NCBI GenBank assembly: GCA_965242965.1
Contig: OZ251518.1
Span: 5,152,001-5,216,000, forward strand
Source of the DNA: Candidatus Poribacteria bacterium
GTDB lineage: Bacteria > Poribacteria > WGA-4E > WGA-3G
DNA length: 64,000 nt
Reading direction: 5' to 3'
Shown here: positions 52,088 to 61,337 of the stretch, in pieces
Layout: the number at the start of each line of letters is the position of its first letter
Numbering within the stretch: the first letter of the stretch is position 1
Notes under the pieces: generated by a model
The model's input: only the letters and a program-made list of their open reading frames with translations
Database searches by the model: none
What the model was told of the DNA's origin: nothing
Translations under genes and position numbers: made by a program

Positions 52088-54694
52088 GTGAGCAACGACA
52101 AACGCATCATTGAGATTGAATTTCCAGTCGATGAGGTTCGCGGATCAGGGGGCCAGGAAATCGCAGGGATCCACACGTGGTTCGCGCGCAGACCTCTTAG
52201 TCCCTCGCGCGGCACGGCATACGCTGCCCTCTCAAATCCTCTTCAAAATGATGCGTCGAAAGACTTATACAGACAAGCGTTCATTGTCGAACTTTGCAAG
52301 TGGGAAAACGCGAGGAAACCACTCTGGATCGACGAGGCTCGTCGCGACATCTTGGATGCCCACGATGGGCAGCCGCCCAAAGTGCTTGACCCTTTCGGTG
52401 GTGGCGGTTCAATTCCCCTTGAAGCGCAGCGGCTCGGCTGCGAAACTCACTCGTGCGATCTCAACCCCGTTGCAGTGCTCATTCAGAAGTGCACGCTTGA
52501 ATACCCGCAAAAATACGGCAAACGTCTTTCTGACGATGTCAAGAAGTGGGGAGAGCAAATCATTGCACAAGTGACAGAAGAACTGGAGCAGTTTTATCCA
52601 AAGGAGCCGGACGGTTCACACCGCTATGCCACTATTTGGGCGCGCACCCTTCCGTGCCAGAACCTCTCTTGCAATACCGTCATCCCGCTTGTGAGGAAGT
52701 ATTGGCTTGCGAAGGGCAGAATCGCCCTTTTCCCCTATGAAGACGATGGACAAATCTCCTTCCGTATCGTCGGCAATGGGTATGAGCCGATCCCTGAAGG
52801 CTTCGACCCAGCTAAAGGGACAGTAGTGCGTGCCAATGTTACTTGCCCCGTTTGCAAAAATACGATTCCTGCGCGAGATACCCATCGCCTATTCCATGAA
52901 GAGGTGGTAAAAGAACGCATCCTTGCCGTGGTTACCTATCATCCGAACGTTGCTGGAAAACGATACCGTCTTTCCACGGATGCCGATATGGAGGTTCTCG
53001 CGTCTGCCAAAATCCGTCTCTCTGAAAAACGCCAGTCTCTCCATGAGCAATGGGGAATAGATCCGGTGCCAGATGAAGAGACTCCTGCTGGGACAGGGGG
53101 TGCTTCAGTACAGGTCCGCCTATACAATCTAAACACCTATGGAGCTCTCTTCAACCCGCAGCAGCAACTCGCTCTTATTACCTTTACGGAGAAGATACGG
53201 AACGCACATACGGAGATGCTCGGGCAGGATTATGACCCTGACTATGCGCGTGCTGTTACAACCTACTTGGGCATGTGGCTGAATCGAATAGCCCAGGATT
53301 TGTCCAATCTTTGTAGATGGAGGGACGATACTCAAGGGGTTGTTGGATTGTTCGGTATGCAGGCACTCTTCATAGTTTGGGATTATGGAGATGCCAATCC
53401 GCTGCTGATTGCCACCAATAAATTACAAACCATTCTCAGGCCGCTCAAGCCTCTGTCCGAGATGCGCGCGAAGCCCGTTGTTGTCGAACAAGCATCGGCT
53501 GCCAACCTTCCCTATCAAGGTGACACCTTTGATGCGGTGCTCACGGACCCTCCCTATTACAATAACATCGAATATGCGTATCTCTCAGAGTTCTTCTACG
53601 TCTGGCTCAAAAGGAGCGTGCAGAACCTGCATCCTGAACTCTTCCAGACAGACATGACTCCCAAGAAAGACGAAATTGTCGCCTACCCTCACCTTGATGG
53701 ACAGGTGAAGGCGACCGAACGGTTTGAAAAAGGATTATCAAGAGCCTTTGCCGAAGTGCATCGGGTTTTGAAACCGAACGGCATCACCGTAATCGTCTAT
53801 GCGCACAAGTCGAAAGAGGGATGGGAAACCCTGATTAACGCGCTGCTTGACTCAGGACTCGTCATTACGGCCGCGTGGCCTCTTGAGACAGAGCAGAAAG
53901 GAAATAAATTCGGTGGGACCCGGAGGGCACTCTTAGCAACATCTATCTATATGGTTGCCCGGAAAGCGGAGCGCGAAGCATTCGGGCTGTATCAAGAGGT
54001 TCGCGCGAACGTTGAGGAGCACCTCAAGAAGCGATACGCGGAATTGTGGGAGTCTGGACTCTCTGGAGCAAACCTGTTCATCGCAACAATCGGAAGTGCC
54101 CTTCAGATATTCGGCAGGTATCAGGAAGTGATTGACGGTAACGACAACACTATTCGTGCGGATAAGATGCTTCAGGATATCCGGGAAATCGTCGCGACTT
54201 GTGCGATGGAGCAAGTTATCCCGAATGCGACTGCGTTGACGCGCTTCTACCTATATTGGCGGCAGGCGCACGGGGAAAAACGTGCAACGTTTGACGCAGC
54301 GAATAACTTGGCTTCTATCTCCGCCGGTCTTAATTTGACAGAGGAGTTAGGAAGAGGCGGCGCGGTTCAAAGAGAGGGCACGTTTGTTCGGGTTTTGGGC
54401 CCGCATGAGCGCGAATTTACGGACATCCCCACTAGCGACGAACTCGTCGACATCTTACACCATGCTCTGTGGTTTTGGCGGAAGGGCAAACACGAAGCAA
54501 TGATTCAACACCTCGCTAGAGGACAGGTAGGTTTAAACGAACCTATCTATACCCTCGCCCAGGCGGTGAGTTTAACTCTACCGCTTGAGAGTCAGGAACG
54601 GCGGTGGCTTGACGGGTGGCTTGCCGTTAAAGAGGTCATTAAGGAAGAGATTAAATCTACCTTAGAAGAGGCGAGACAGACGCGAATCGCTTGA
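52088..54694 (+). CDS. DUF1156 domain adenine DNA methyltransferase with Zn ribbon
   Basis: IHTWFARRPL, LDPFGGGGSIPLEA, DLNPVA, CPVC, TDPPYY. Confidence 0.92.
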   Translation: MSNDKRIIEIEFPVDEVRGSGGQEIAGIHTWFARRPLSPSRGTAYAALSNPLQNDASKDLYRQAFIVELCKWENARKPLWIDEARRDILDAHDGQPPKVLDPFGGGGSIPLEAQRLGCETHSCDLNPVAVLIQKCTLEYPQKYGKRLSDDVKKWGEQIIAQVTEELEQFYPKEPDGSHRYATIWARTLPCQNLSCNTVIPLVRKYWLAKGRIALFPYEDDGQISFRIVGNGYEPIPEGFDPAKGTVVRANVTCPVCKNTIPARDTHRLFHEEVVKERILAVVTYHPNVAGKRYRLSTDADMEVLASAKIRLSEKRQSLHEQWGIDPVPDEETPAGTGGASVQVRLYNLNTYGALFNPQQQLALITFTEKIRNAHTEMLGQDYDPDYARAVTTYLGMWLNRIAQDLSNLCRWRDDTQGVVGLFGMQALFIVWDYGDANPLLIATNKLQTILRPLKPLSEMRAKPVVVEQASAANLPYQGDTFDAVLTDPPYYNNIEYAYLSEFFYVWLKRSVQNLHPELFQTDMTPKKDEIVAYPHLDGQVKATERFEKGLSRAFAEVHRVLKPNGITVIVYAHKSKEGWETLINALLDSGLVITAAWPLETEQKGNKFGGTRRALLATSIYMVARKAEREAFGLYQEVRANVEEHLKKRYAELWESGLSGANLFIATIGSALQIFGRYQEVIDGNDNTIRADKMLQDIREIVATCAMEQVIPNATALTRFYLYWRQAHGEKRATFDAANNLASISAGLNLTEELGRGGAVQREGTFVRVLGPHEREFTDIPTSDELVDILHHALWFWRKGKHEAMIQHLARGQVGLNEPIYTLAQAVSLTLPLESQERRWLDGWLAVKEVIKEEIKSTLEEARQTRIA

Positions 54695-54701
54695 AAGGAG
54701 A

Positions 54702-57224
54702 ATGCATCCTATGGCAGGATTTGAGACAATCGCCAAGCCGCATAACGATATTCTACGCGGCAATTTCACCTTGGATACCTACGCAGCAAACCTCGGCGAC
54801 GTAGTGAAAGGGGAAGGACCTGCTGAATATCGGCACCCCAAGCGGTTTTTCCAGAAAACCTATATGACTGAAGGGTTAAAGACGTTGCTCCGTGGCGTGG
54901 AACGCCGCGTGAAAGGCCGCGGCGGCGATGCCGTTATTCAATTGCAAACCCCTTTCGGTGGCGGCAAAACCCATACCCTCATCACGTTGTTCCACAAAGC
55001 GAACGAGTGGAAAGCGAAGCCGGTCGTCATTGTTGGCACCGAGATGGAGGCGGATCACACGTTGTGGGGCCAGATGGAAGCGCAGCTGACCGGGGAGATT
55101 CAGGAGTTTCAAGGGCATCGGGCACCAGGGAGCGCGAAAATCTCCGAACTCTTCAATCAGGTTGGGAAACCTATCGTCCTCTTAATGGACGAGGTGCTGA
55201 ACTATTTGACGGCTGCTACGGCCGTGGACGTTGGCAGAAGCACTTTAGCAAAGCAGGCACTGCGGTTTGTGCATAATTTAACCGAATCGGTGAGTGCATC
55301 CAACAACGTCACCTTGATTGCGACGCGGCAGTCGGGCGAGCACGAGGATTACGGCGAGAGAGAGCTCTCAAATGATTTCAAGCAGCTGCTGGACAGAATG
55401 GCTCGGGTCGGAACACCGGTGGCTGATTCCGAAATCGCGCACATCATTCGGAGTCGGTTGTTCTCTGAAGTGAACGAATCGGCAGCCAAACGGATTGTCC
55501 GTGAATTTGCGAATTACGCCGATAGGGAGTCCATTCTGCCGCCCGGTGAGCAGAAATCGGAGTATCGCGAGCGGTTCGTCGCAAGCTATCCGTTTCAACC
55601 CGAGGTCATCGATGTGTTGTATCATCGGTGGGGCAGTTTCCCGAATTTTCAACGGACGCGCGGCGTGCTGCGTCTCCTCTCGCGTGTCGTGCAACGTTCC
55701 CTGCGCAAGAATCTGCCCTACATCACCCTCGCCGATTTTGACCTGGGCGACGCGGACATCCGTGGCGAACTTTTAAGACATGCGGGTAACGTTTTTAGCA
55801 GCATCATCGCGAACGATATTACGGCTTCCGACGCGGGCGCGAGGTTAGCGGACGAGGCACTGGGAGATGCATTAAAGAATTTGGCATTAAGCACGCGCAC
55901 GGCGACTGCTATTTTCCTTTATTCCTTCACCGGTGGACAGGAACGCGGTGCGACGTTGGATCAGATTAAGCGGAGCACTGCATATTCCGATACGCCATCG
56001 GCGGTGATAGATTCGGCGATAACGCAGCTGAACACGCACCTCTCTTACCTCCGCACCGAAAGTGGGAAGTCCTATTTCGATACGCAACCCAACTTACAGC
56101 GGCTTGTGCAGATTCGGATGGAAAATGTGGAGGATGAAGAAGTTGCATCGCGTGCCGAAGCACAGATTAAGAAGAGTTTCACAACCAGATCGGGGGCTAA
56201 GATGAAGACGTTCATCGCACCGCGAAAAGGGACAGATATTCCGGAAACGCCGGATCTGAAACTGATTGTGCTTCCTCAGCGGGACGACGAATTCTGCCGA
56301 AACCTGCTAGAGATGCGCGGTGAAAGCCCGCGTATCTATCGGAATACGCTTTTCTTCCTCGTTCCGCTTTCCGGTAGCGCGGAGAAGTTGGGTACCGAAG
56401 TGAAGCGCGTCCTCGCTTACGAAGCGATTGGTAATGATAACTCCCTGAATTTATCCGATGAGCAACAGAAGGAAGTCAAGACCCAGTTACGGCAGTCTGG
56501 CGGCGCGCTCAATGATGCGGTGTCCCAAGATTATCGCACCCTTCTGATTCCGACGCGAGAAGGCTTTCGTGAGGAAGACCTCGGGTTGCCTGCGCACGGA
56601 ATGAACACGCCGTTGGATGAGAAAGTCTATGAGACGCTCCGCGTAAAGGGAGAGATTTTGTCCAGCATCGGACCGCGAAACATCGCCATCCGTTTTTTGA
56701 AAGACAACGAAGCGGTGTCAACGGCGCAACTCTATTCGTCCGGTCTTCGCACGCCGGGTGAGACGCGCGTGCTCCGTGAGGCGTGGATAACCGGGATCCG
56801 CGATGGCGTGGTGCAGGGAGAATTTGGCATCGGCGAGAAGATGGGAGGCGAACTCATCCAGCGTGCCTTCAATCAAGACCCGAGAACGGTAACGCTTAGC
56901 GATAACGAGGTAATTATCCATCCATCGCGTTGGAAAGAGATTGAGCCGGAACCGAAACCGAAACCACAGGAAACGCAGGAGGAAATTATTGAGCCGCAGC
57001 AGCGAAAAATTGAGCCGCAGCAGCCGCGGAAATCAGTTCGTCTCCGGTTTACCGTGCCGAGTGGAAAGGTAAGTCAGATGTCCCAACGCGTCAACGCGTT
57101 GCAGTCTCAATTCAAAAACATTCGGATTGAATTGACAACCAGCGATGGCGAAATCTCCGATGCGGACTACGAAAAACTTAAAGCAGATTTCCTTGAATCA
57201 GGGATTGAGGTGGAGGAAGTCTAG
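54702..57224 (+). CDS. DUF499 family AAA+ ATPase
   Basis: AKPH-D, LQTPFGGGKTH, LMDE, SYPF-P, FQRTRGVLR. Confidence 0.92.
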   Translation: MHPMAGFETIAKPHNDILRGNFTLDTYAANLGDVVKGEGPAEYRHPKRFFQKTYMTEGLKTLLRGVERRVKGRGGDAVIQLQTPFGGGKTHTLITLFHKANEWKAKPVVIVGTEMEADHTLWGQMEAQLTGEIQEFQGHRAPGSAKISELFNQVGKPIVLLMDEVLNYLTAATAVDVGRSTLAKQALRFVHNLTESVSASNNVTLIATRQSGEHEDYGERELSNDFKQLLDRMARVGTPVADSEIAHIIRSRLFSEVNESAAKRIVREFANYADRESILPPGEQKSEYRERFVASYPFQPEVIDVLYHRWGSFPNFQRTRGVLRLLSRVVQRSLRKNLPYITLADFDLGDADIRGELLRHAGNVFSSIIANDITASDAGARLADEALGDALKNLALSTRTATAIFLYSFTGGQERGATLDQIKRSTAYSDTPSAVIDSAITQLNTHLSYLRTESGKSYFDTQPNLQRLVQIRMENVEDEEVASRAEAQIKKSFTTRSGAKMKTFIAPRKGTDIPETPDLKLIVLPQRDDEFCRNLLEMRGESPRIYRNTLFFLVPLSGSAEKLGTEVKRVLAYEAIGNDNSLNLSDEQQKEVKTQLRQSGGALNDAVSQDYRTLLIPTREGFREEDLGLPAHGMNTPLDEKVYETLRVKGEILSSIGPRNIAIRFLKDNEAVSTAQLYSSGLRTPGETRVLREAWITGIRDGVVQGEFGIGEKMGGELIQRAFNQDPRTVTLSDNEVIIHPSRWKEIEPEPKPKPQETQEEIIEPQQRKIEPQQPRKSVRLRFTVPSGKVSQMSQRVNALQSQFKNIRIELTTSDGEISDADYEKLKADFLESGIEVEEV

Positions 57225-57228
57225 TCTA

Positions 57229-58167
57229 TCAAGGCAAATAACCCTCCACCGCCTCCACCACCTGCGCAACCGTAATGCCGTCAATCACCGCGCAACTGCC
57301 AGCACCACATCCCCCAGGATGCCGCCCCGGATGACACGGATTACATCCTAACTGCAACCCACTCTGCACGACAGTGTGCTTTTCTCCGTAAGGACCGCTT
57401 CGATGGTGGTTCGTCGAACCGAAAAGCGCGACGACAGGTGTCTTCACAGCGGCGGCAATGTGCATCGGACCGGTGTCATTCCCAATGTAAACATCGCATG
57501 CCGCGATTAAGGCGGTAAGTTCCCGCAGATTTTTTGTTTTGACGAGAATAGGTGAGGGATGCATCATGTCCGCTACCTGCGCTTGGAGTTCGCGTTCATC
57601 CGGTCCCGCGAAGAGGAGGATTGCGGCACCGAATTTTTCTGATAGGATTGTGGCGAGTTGCGCGTATTTTTGCGCGTCCCAGAGTTTGTATGTCCAATTG
57701 CCACCGGGATGGATGCCGATGCGGCATCGAGACCGGGAGGTCTCTCCTACCGATTCGGTGAGTTGGAGGTGAGGATGTGCATCGGTTATGTCAACGCCGT
57801 GACGTTGTAGCACCTCTAGGTATCGGGTCACGGCGTGACGATTTCCGCTGCTATGTCCCATTCCCCAATGTTTCGCGCCGATGCATCTCGCCACAAGGCT
57901 GTCGCGGAGGTTGACAACAATGTCGAATTTTTCGCGGCGCAAGGTTTTGATGAGGCGCAGCCGGCCTCTCCACCCGGCGTGTTCATCTCGGTTGTCGTAA
58001 ATGTGAACGGCATCGATTTGCGGTTCGGCGGTGAAGAGTGCCGCCGCCCGCGGTCCGACGAGGAAAGTGATGTGGGCATTAGGGAAGTGTCGCCGCAGGG
58101 GTTGGATAACGGCAGTGGAAAGCACAGCATCGCCGATGAAGGTGAAACTGAAGATGAGGATTTTCAT
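57229..58167 (-). CDS. Glycosyltransferase family 9 with in-frame REP insertion
   Basis: IGDAVLST, IGIHPG, NDTGPMHIAAA, LFGST. Confidence 0.9.
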   Translation of the reverse strand: MKILIFSFTFIGDAVLSTAVIQPLRRHFPNAHITFLVGPRAAALFTAEPQIDAVHIYDNRDEHAGWRGRLRLIKTLRREKFDIVVNLRDSLVARCIGAKHWGMGHSSGNRHAVTRYLEVLQRHGVDITDAHPHLQLTESVGETSRSRCRIGIHPGGNWTYKLWDAQKYAQLATILSEKFGAAILLFAGPDERELQAQVADMMHPSPILVKTKNLRELTALIAACDVYIGNDTGPMHIAAAVKTPVVALFGSTNHHRSGPYGEKHTVVQSGLQLGCNPCHPGRHPGGCGAGSCAVIDGITVAQVVEAVEGYLP

Positions 58168-58204
58168 TTGATATTCATAGTTTGCGAGTGCTTGAAGGTC
58201 TGGG

Positions 58205-58775
58205 AGCATCGAGACCGGGAGGACTCGCCTACCGGGAAGACATTGAGAACCGTAGCGCGGGGGCCTGTCCCCCGCGATCGCTCGATCTGCGCGAAAACCG
58301 CACGCCAGCCCAGGCCGTTTCCTCGACCGAGGCATGGCGAGGGACAGGCCCTCGCCCTACGGGCCATGCGGCGATTTCTGAGTTGTTACCGTAGCGCGGG
58401 GGCCCTCGGATGCCATACGCGCATCCGAGCGGGTTTCCCCCGCGATCTCTCAACCGCTGCGGAAAACGCCCACAATCCAGAGACCCCGGCTGTTTGTTGC
58501 TCAGACCGACGCATGGCGAGGGACAGGCCCTCGCCCTACGTGCCATGCAGCGATATCTGAGTTGTTACCGTAGCGCGGGGGCCTGTCCCCCGCGATCGCT
58601 CGATCTGCGCGAAAACCGCACGCCAGCCCAGGCCGTTTCCTCGACCGAGGCATGGCGAGGGACAGGCCCTCGCCCTACGTGCCATGCGGCGATTTCTGAG
58701 TTGTTACCGTAGCGCGGGGGCCCTCGGATGCCATCCGCGCAGCCGAGCGGGTTTCCCCCGCGATCTCTCAACCGA
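58205..58775. repeat. REP cluster with ~200-bp direct repeats (period 318)
   Basis: B-spacer-A-spacer-B' unit starting at 58252 and 58570. Confidence 0.9.
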
Positions 58776-58788
58776 TTTTGCCTCCGAT

Positions 58789-60030
58789 TCAGACAACCGA
58801 AGCCTCAATCAAATCCACTGCTGTCGTCAATCCATCTTCTGCGTTGAGTTTTTCGCCGAGGGTTTGCGCGCGTTCTGTCATCGTAGAGTCAGCGAGGACA
58901 GTTTCAATTCGTTTTGCTAAACGAGCCGGTGTCATCCTGCGGCGCGGGAGGCTCTTCGGTGCGACACCGAGTTCAGCGAGCCGCTTCGCCCAATAAAACT
59001 GGTCTGCGTGATGCGGCACGACTATCGATGGCAGTTTCGCGCGACACACCGATGCTGTCGTCCCTGCGCCGCCGTGGTGGACGACGCAACTCGCTCGCGG
59101 GAACAGCCACCGATGCGGCACATAGTCGGTGAAAAGGATGTCCGGTACCTCAGCGTCTAAGCCGAGTTGTCCCCAGCCGGATTGGACGATGGCGCGTTGT
59201 CCCGTCTTTTTGATGGCGGCGATCAGCAGTTCGGTTGTCTCTTTGGCGTTTGTGCCGCCCATTGAACCGAACGTGACAATGACAGGCGGCGCGCCGTCCT
59301 CCAAAAAATCGAGCAGTTCTGATGGCGGCGTGTAGGCAGGCTCATCTAAAAACCAAACCCCCGTGAATTCATGTTTTTCAGGAAAATCGGCGGGCGGCGG
59401 ACAAAGCGTCGGCGAAGCAGCCATGAGGTTCAACTGCGGTGAGTATATCCCATCCAGCGCGAAATTCCACCTCGGCTCACCACCGATAGACGCGATAAAG
59501 CGGTTAAAATAGGCATCTAAGGCGCGAGTCAGCCGGAACTCTACTAACTTCCACAAACACTGATTGAGCCACGGGCTGAAATCTGGAAAAATATAGGGCG
59601 CGTGAAACCGAGACGGCACAAACCCAGGACAATAACTATGTGTGAACCACGGCAAACCGAGACGAATAGCGGCTTCTTGTCCCGGAATATCCCCGGAATG
59701 ACAGAGTGCCAAGTCATAGCCTTTCATCGCCGAGAGGCAGTCACGATACCACTTCTCGCCGCCTCTCAAAATCCCCTCTTTCACGGTGACGAGGAGTGGC
59801 CTGAGCGGGTCGCGCATGGGGATGATGTCGTCCATCGCTTTATGAAAATGCCTCAATTCAAAAGCGATGCCGACTTCGCGGTAGTCCGCGCCGATGCGTT
59901 GAATACGTTCCTTGTAAAGCGCGGGCGCGCAGACGCGCACCTCATGCCCGCGGCTCAGCAGGCGTTTGACTACTGCCAAGATTGGATAAACGTCACCGGT
60001 TGTGCCCCAGGCCGCTACGACGATTTTCAT
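58789..60030 (-). CDS. Glycosyltransferase family 1 (sterol/rhamnosyl-transferase-like)
   Basis: GTTGDVYP, VTFGS, VPHRWLFP, VHHGGAGTT, DQFYWA. Confidence 0.92.
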   Translation of the reverse strand: MKIVVAAWGTTGDVYPILAVVKRLLSRGHEVRVCAPALYKERIQRIGADYREVGIAFELRHFHKAMDDIIPMRDPLRPLLVTVKEGILRGGEKWYRDCLSAMKGYDLALCHSGDIPGQEAAIRLGLPWFTHSYCPGFVPSRFHAPYIFPDFSPWLNQCLWKLVEFRLTRALDAYFNRFIASIGGEPRWNFALDGIYSPQLNLMAASPTLCPPPADFPEKHEFTGVWFLDEPAYTPPSELLDFLEDGAPPVIVTFGSMGGTNAKETTELLIAAIKKTGQRAIVQSGWGQLGLDAEVPDILFTDYVPHRWLFPRASCVVHHGGAGTTASVCRAKLPSIVVPHHADQFYWAKRLAELGVAPKSLPRRRMTPARLAKRIETVLADSTMTERAQTLGEKLNAEDGLTTAVDLIEASVV

Positions 60031-60047
60031 AAGTGTTCTTTTGCTCC

Positions 60048-60280
60048 AGCATGGCGAGGGACAGGTTTTCCCTTCCTTGCCCTACGCATTAAGGTGAAGG
60101 TCTTCTATTGCACCAGCATGGCGAGGGACAGGCCCTCGCCCTACGCATTAAGGGAAAGGTTTTCTATTGCGCCGGCATGGCGAGGGACAGGTTTTCCCTT
60201 CCTTGCCCTACGCATTAAGGGAAAGGTTTTCTATTGCGCGAGCATGGCGAGGGACAGGCCCTCGCCCTACGCATTAAAGG
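60048..60280. repeat. Four tandem REP A units, alternating two variants
   Basis: GCATGGCGAGGGACAGG..GCCCTACGCATTAA repeated four times. Confidence 0.9.
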
Positions 60281-61310
60281 ATGGAGAGATTTCCTCGATT
60301 TTGTTCCAGACTTTCTCGATGGGAAGTTTTTTGGTGCATTCCCAGTCGATTTTGCACTTATGCGCGCTGCAAGGCCAGCACGGCATGTCCCGGCGCACAA
60401 TAGATGCATGCTCACTCAAGGGATGCCACGCCACGTGGTCCGTCGGACCGAAGATGGCCACCGTCGGCACGGCTAACGCCGCGGCGAGGTGCATCGGGCC
60501 GGAATCGTTGCAAACGACGAGGTTGCAACACCGCAGCAGTGCCGCTAATTCGCGAATTGAAGGCGGCGCGTAAACGACAGCGCGCGTTTGCATCGTTTCC
60601 TGAATCTCGCGCGCCAACGCCATCTCATCGGGTCCGTGCAGAATCAAGACCTCGGCGTTGTAGTGGCGCGCCAGTCTATCTGCGAGTTCGGCGTAGTGCT
60701 TCTCCGGCCACCGTTTATCAAACGAACTCCCCCCAGGGTGAATGCCGATGAGAAACCTATCCGCGCTGATGCCCCATGTTTTTAGACGCGTTTTTAGAAA
60801 GACTTCGGCGTTGCCAATTTCATCGGGATTGAGATGAAAAACGAGCCGCCGCACCCCATCGCCGTTGCAAATGAGACGCACCAGTTCCAAGTTCCTATCC
60901 ACCTCGTGTGTTTCGCCTTTTCGGTATGAACCGCGCCACGCATGCGTGAGCGTGGATTTAAACCGCTTTTGATACCTGCCTAATCGATACCGCGCGCCGG
61001 TGAGAAACGCGACAAAGTGCGGCCACGTCGCTGTCTGCATCGCAACGACAAGTTGAAACCGTTCACGACGAAGGTTCTGATAAAACCGAATCCGCTCGCG
61101 CAAACCACCCCCATCGAAGATGAGAATCCTGTCAACATCAGGGTTGCCGTGTAGCACCGGGGCATTGAGCGGCCGTGCCAACACCGTTATCTCGGCATCG
61201 GGGTAGTTTTGGCGGAGCAGCGCGATTGCGGGGGTTGAATTCAGCAAATCGCCGATGCCATCGGTGCGGATGATGAGTATCTTTTTGATACCTGGCAGCG
61301 TCAATTGCAT
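60267..61310 (-). CDS. Glycosyltransferase family 9
   Basis: GIGDLL-STP, IGIHPGG, NDSGPMHLAAA, IFGPT; AGGAG before ATG 61310. Confidence 0.92.
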   Translation of the reverse strand: MQLTLPGIKKILIIRTDGIGDLLNSTPAIALLRQNYPDAEITVLARPLNAPVLHGNPDVDRILIFDGGGLRERIRFYQNLRRERFQLVVAMQTATWPHFVAFLTGARYRLGRYQKRFKSTLTHAWRGSYRKGETHEVDRNLELVRLICNGDGVRRLVFHLNPDEIGNAEVFLKTRLKTWGISADRFLIGIHPGGSSFDKRWPEKHYAELADRLARHYNAEVLILHGPDEMALAREIQETMQTRAVVYAPPSIRELAALLRCCNLVVCNDSGPMHLAAALAVPTVAIFGPTDHVAWHPLSEHASIVRRDMPCWPCSAHKCKIDWECTKKLPIEKVWNKIEEISPSFNA

Positions 61311-61337
61311 GCCGTTTCTCCTGCAATTACTGTAGCA

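Noticed and set aside
57229-58335. Extended N-termini in the ORF track (58335, 61433, 33825, 46269)
   Set aside because: Extensions consist of REP sequence; downstream starts fit family boundaries and mostly have RBSs.
60048-60280. CRISPR array (regularly spaced palindromic repeats; also 33970-34100 and 10990-11290)
   Set aside because: Spacers resemble each other, repeats occur dispersed in both orientations, and no cas genes are present.
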